The notes under the pieces were generated by a model. The model did not search any database. It worked only from the letters and a program-made list of their open reading frames with translations, and was not told the DNA's origin. Both the position numbers and the translations under genes were made by a program. A stretch of DNA of 64,000 bases from Escherichia coli (GTDB lineage: Bacteria; Pseudomonadota; Gammaproteobacteria; Enterobacterales; Enterobacteriaceae), in assembly GCF_016026235.1 (NCBI RefSeq), contig NZ_CP065613.1; one strand, given 5' to 3'. Below, piece by piece: positions 61,770 through 64,000 of the stretch; the stretch's first letter is position 1, and each line of letters opens with the position of its first letter.

Positions 61770-61801
61770 GCCCGGTAAGCATGTGGTTACCGGGCATTTT
61801 T
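61770..61801 (+). terminator. Rho-independent terminator of glpABC
   Basis: 9-bp stem gcccggtaa/ttaccgggc, 8-nt loop, followed by attttt; 14 bp after glpC stop; cross-checked against glpC stop position. Confidence 0.85.
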
Positions 61802-61948
61802 GCGTACACGATTCCATGCCCAATGTATGCGTTGCAACGCAGTGAAAATTCCTCTGAAAACGTCTCGCAAAGGCTGAAACTGGCAGATGTCAAAGGCCTG
61901 GGATAACCGTAATGTCGCGTCATCATAAATATCAGGTGACGGACAACC

Positions 61949-62920
61949 ATGACCGAATCAACAACCTCCTCCCCGCATGATGCGGTATTTAAAACCTTTA
62001 TGTTCACACCCGAAACCGCACGGGATTTTCTCGAAATACATTTACCAGAACCACTGCGCAAGCTTTGTAACCTGCAAACCTTACGCCTGGAACCCACCAG
62101 TTTTATTGAAAAAAGTTTACGCGCTTACTACTCGGATGTTTTGTGGTCCGTGGAAACCAGCGACGGTGACGGTTATATCTACTGCGTGATTGAACATCAA
62201 AGCTCTGCAGAAAAGAATATGGCTTTTCGGCTAATGCGCTATGCCACTGCCGCCATGCAGCGTCACCTGGACAAAGGCTATGACAGAGTCCCGCTGGTGG
62301 TGCCGTTGCTGTTTTATCATGGCGAAACCTCGCCTTACCCGTACTCACTCAACTGGCTGGATGAGTTTGACGATCCGCAACTTGCCCGGCAGTTGTACAC
62401 CGAAGCTTTTCCGTTGGTGGATATCACCATCGTACCTGACGATGAGATCATGCAACATCGGCGTATAGCTCTGCTGGAACTGATTCAAAAGCATATTCGC
62501 GACCGCGATTTAATCGGTATGGTCGACAGGATCACCACGCTTTTGGTTAGAGGCTTCACTAATGACAGCCAGCTACAAACACTGTTTAATTATCTGCTGC
62601 AATGCGGCGATACCTCCCGTTTCACCCGTTTTATTCAGGAGATTGCCGAACGTTCACCACTACAAAAGGAGAGATTAATGACTATTGCTGAACGGCTACG
62701 GCAGGAAGGGCATCAAATTGGCTGGCAGGAAGGTAAATTAGAAGGTTTGCAGCAAGGTAAATTGGAGGGTCTGCAGAAAGGTAAATTAGAAGGTTTGCAG
62801 GAAGGCATGCATGAGCAAGCCATTAAAATTGCCTTGCGCATGCTGGAGCAGGGCTTTGAACGTGAGATTGTGCTGGCGGCAACCCAACTCACTGATGCTG
62901 ATATTCCGAACTGTCATTAA
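61949..62920 (+). CDS. yfaD: Rpn-family (YhgA-like) PD-(D/E)XK nuclease, 323 aa, with internal in-frame SD+ATG at 62667-62680
   Basis: N-terminal region with D63...E82-x-Q84 nuclease-like motif ([25 protein letters not shown]); C-terminal GKLEGLQ repeats; K-12 synteny after glpC. Confidence 0.85.
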   Translation: MTESTTSSPHDAVFKTFMFTPETARDFLEIHLPEPLRKLCNLQTLRLEPTSFIEKSLRAYYSDVLWSVETSDGDGYIYCVIEHQSSAEKNMAFRLMRYATAAMQRHLDKGYDRVPLVVPLLFYHGETSPYPYSLNWLDEFDDPQLARQLYTEAFPLVDITIVPDDEIMQHRRIALLELIQKHIRDRDLIGMVDRITTLLVRGFTNDSQLQTLFNYLLQCGDTSRFTRFIQEIAERSPLQKERLMTIAERLRQEGHQIGWQEGKLEGLQQGKLEGLQKGKLEGLQEGMHEQAIKIALRMLEQGFEREIVLAATQLTDADIPNCH

Positions 62921-62929
62921 AAGGAGAGA

Positions 62930-63154
62930 TTGATGACTATTGCTGAACGGCTACGGCAGGAAGGACATCAAATTGGCTGGCAAGAAGGTAAATTAGTAGG
63001 TTTGCAGCAAGGTAAATTAGAAGGTTTGCAGGAAGGCATGCATGAACAAGCTATTAAAATTGCCTTGCGCATGCTGGAACAGGGCATTGATCGTGACCAG
63101 GTGCTCGCGGCCACCCAGCTAAGCGAAGCCGATCTGGCAGCGAATAACCACTAA
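62930..63154 (+). CDS. ypaA: Small ORF duplicating the C-terminal module of YfaD (74 aa)
   Basis: [21 protein letters not shown]...[15 protein letters not shown] nearly identical to YfaD residues 244-303, preceded by the same aaggagagatt SD-like sequence. Confidence 0.65.
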   Translation: MMTIAERLRQEGHQIGWQEGKLVGLQQGKLEGLQEGMHEQAIKIALRMLEQGIDRDQVLAATQLSEADLAANNH

Positions 63155-63194
63155 TTAACACAGGCCCACAGCCGATCCCCATGGGCCTTTGATA

Positions 63195-63998
63195 TCAATA
63201 ACTACCTTTTATGCGTGGCCCATTTTTGCCTGATTTAAACATCGCCAGTCGTTGATCCAGGGCATCGCTGTAGAGCATCGTGTCAACGCCAACAGCGACA
63301 AAGTTCGCTCCCCACGCCAAGCATTGCTGCGCCATATCAGGAGCCACAGCCAGAAAACCAGCCGCTTTACCCGCAGCACGGATCCGCCGAATGCTGGTTT
63401 CAATAATTCGCTGCACTTCCGGGTGCCCGGCGTTATCCGGGTAGCCCAACGACGCAGAAAGATCCGCAGGTCCAATAAACACGCCATCAATCCCTTCGAC
63501 GTCGAGGATCTCGTCCAGGTTATCCAGTGCCGTTTTACTTTCCACCTGCACTAACAGACAAAGCGAATCGTTGACTTGCGCCATGTAATTCTCAATGCGT
63601 CCCCAGCGCGCAGCCCGTGCCACACTGGCCCCAACACCACGTTCACCGTAGGGAGGATAGCGCGTGGCAGACACCACCTGACGTGCCTGATCGGCAGTAT
63701 CGACCATCGGGATCAGTAGAGTTTGCGCGCCAATATCCAGGACTTGTTTAATCAGCGACTTACTGCCATCCACCGGACGGATCACGGGTTGGCTGGCATA
63801 GGGCGCTACCGCCTGTAGCTGGTGATAAAGATCCTGAATGGTGTTTGGCGCGTGCTCCCCATCAATCAGCAACCAGTCATAACCGGAAGTGGCGGCAATT
63901 TCTGCCATATAGGCAGTTGTTGAGCTTAACCACAGACCAATTTGCACTTCGCCCTTGCGTAAACGTTCTTTAAAGGGATTGGTTAATAATGCGTTCAT
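63195..63998 (-). CDS. rhmA: 2-keto-3-deoxy-L-rhamnonate aldolase (267 aa)
   Basis: 267-aa HpcH/HpaI-family aldolase ORF ([23 protein letters not shown]...); K-12 synteny. Confidence 0.9.
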   Translation of the reverse strand: MNALLTNPFKERLRKGEVQIGLWLSSTTAYMAEIAATSGYDWLLIDGEHAPNTIQDLYHQLQAVAPYASQPVIRPVDGSKSLIKQVLDIGAQTLLIPMVDTADQARQVVSATRYPPYGERGVGASVARAARWGRIENYMAQVNDSLCLLVQVESKTALDNLDEILDVEGIDGVFIGPADLSASLGYPDNAGHPEVQRIIETSIRRIRAAGKAAGFLAVAPDMAQQCLAWGANFVAVGVDTMLYSDALDQRLAMFKSGKNGPRIKGSY

Positions 63999-64000
63999 CG

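Overview
This window reads as an Escherichia coli chromosomal segment (K-12 map region b2194-b2245) running from the 5' part of ccmH to rhmA, and is mostly core genome. Gene identities come from recognising the translated ORFs, so they are recalled homology rather than database hits. Content in order: the complete napFDAGHBC-ccmABCDEFGH operon on the minus strand, eco, mqo, yojI, alkB-ada, apbE, ompC with divergent micF, rcsD-rcsB and convergent rcsC, the five-gene secreted yfaA-yfaT-yfaS-yfaQ-yfaP cluster, gyrA, ubiG, the autotransporter yfaL, nrdAB-yfaE, inaA, glpTQ and glpABC, the Rpn-family nuclease gene yfaD with ypaA, and rhmA. Departures from the K-12 order as I recall it: no atoSCDAEB between rcsC and yfaP, an intact yfaS, a longer OmpC allele, an IS1 with a 9-bp target duplication 32 bp upstream of yfaL, and an MFS transporter gene split by an IS4 with a 12-bp target duplication next to a divergent LysR regulator. 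The two loci I rate highest are the yfaD/ypaA nuclease locus (internal ribosome-binding site plus tandem copy of the C-terminal module) and the thioester-less alpha-2-macroglobulin-like yfa cluster; both gene families are already described, so the new observations are local. No CRISPR array, tRNA, rRNA or prophage was seen. The ORF track uses GTG/TTG starts, so several gene starts were moved to the internal Met matching the known protein. Sub-gene coordinates read by hand may be off by 1-2 bp unless cross-checked against an ORF boundary.
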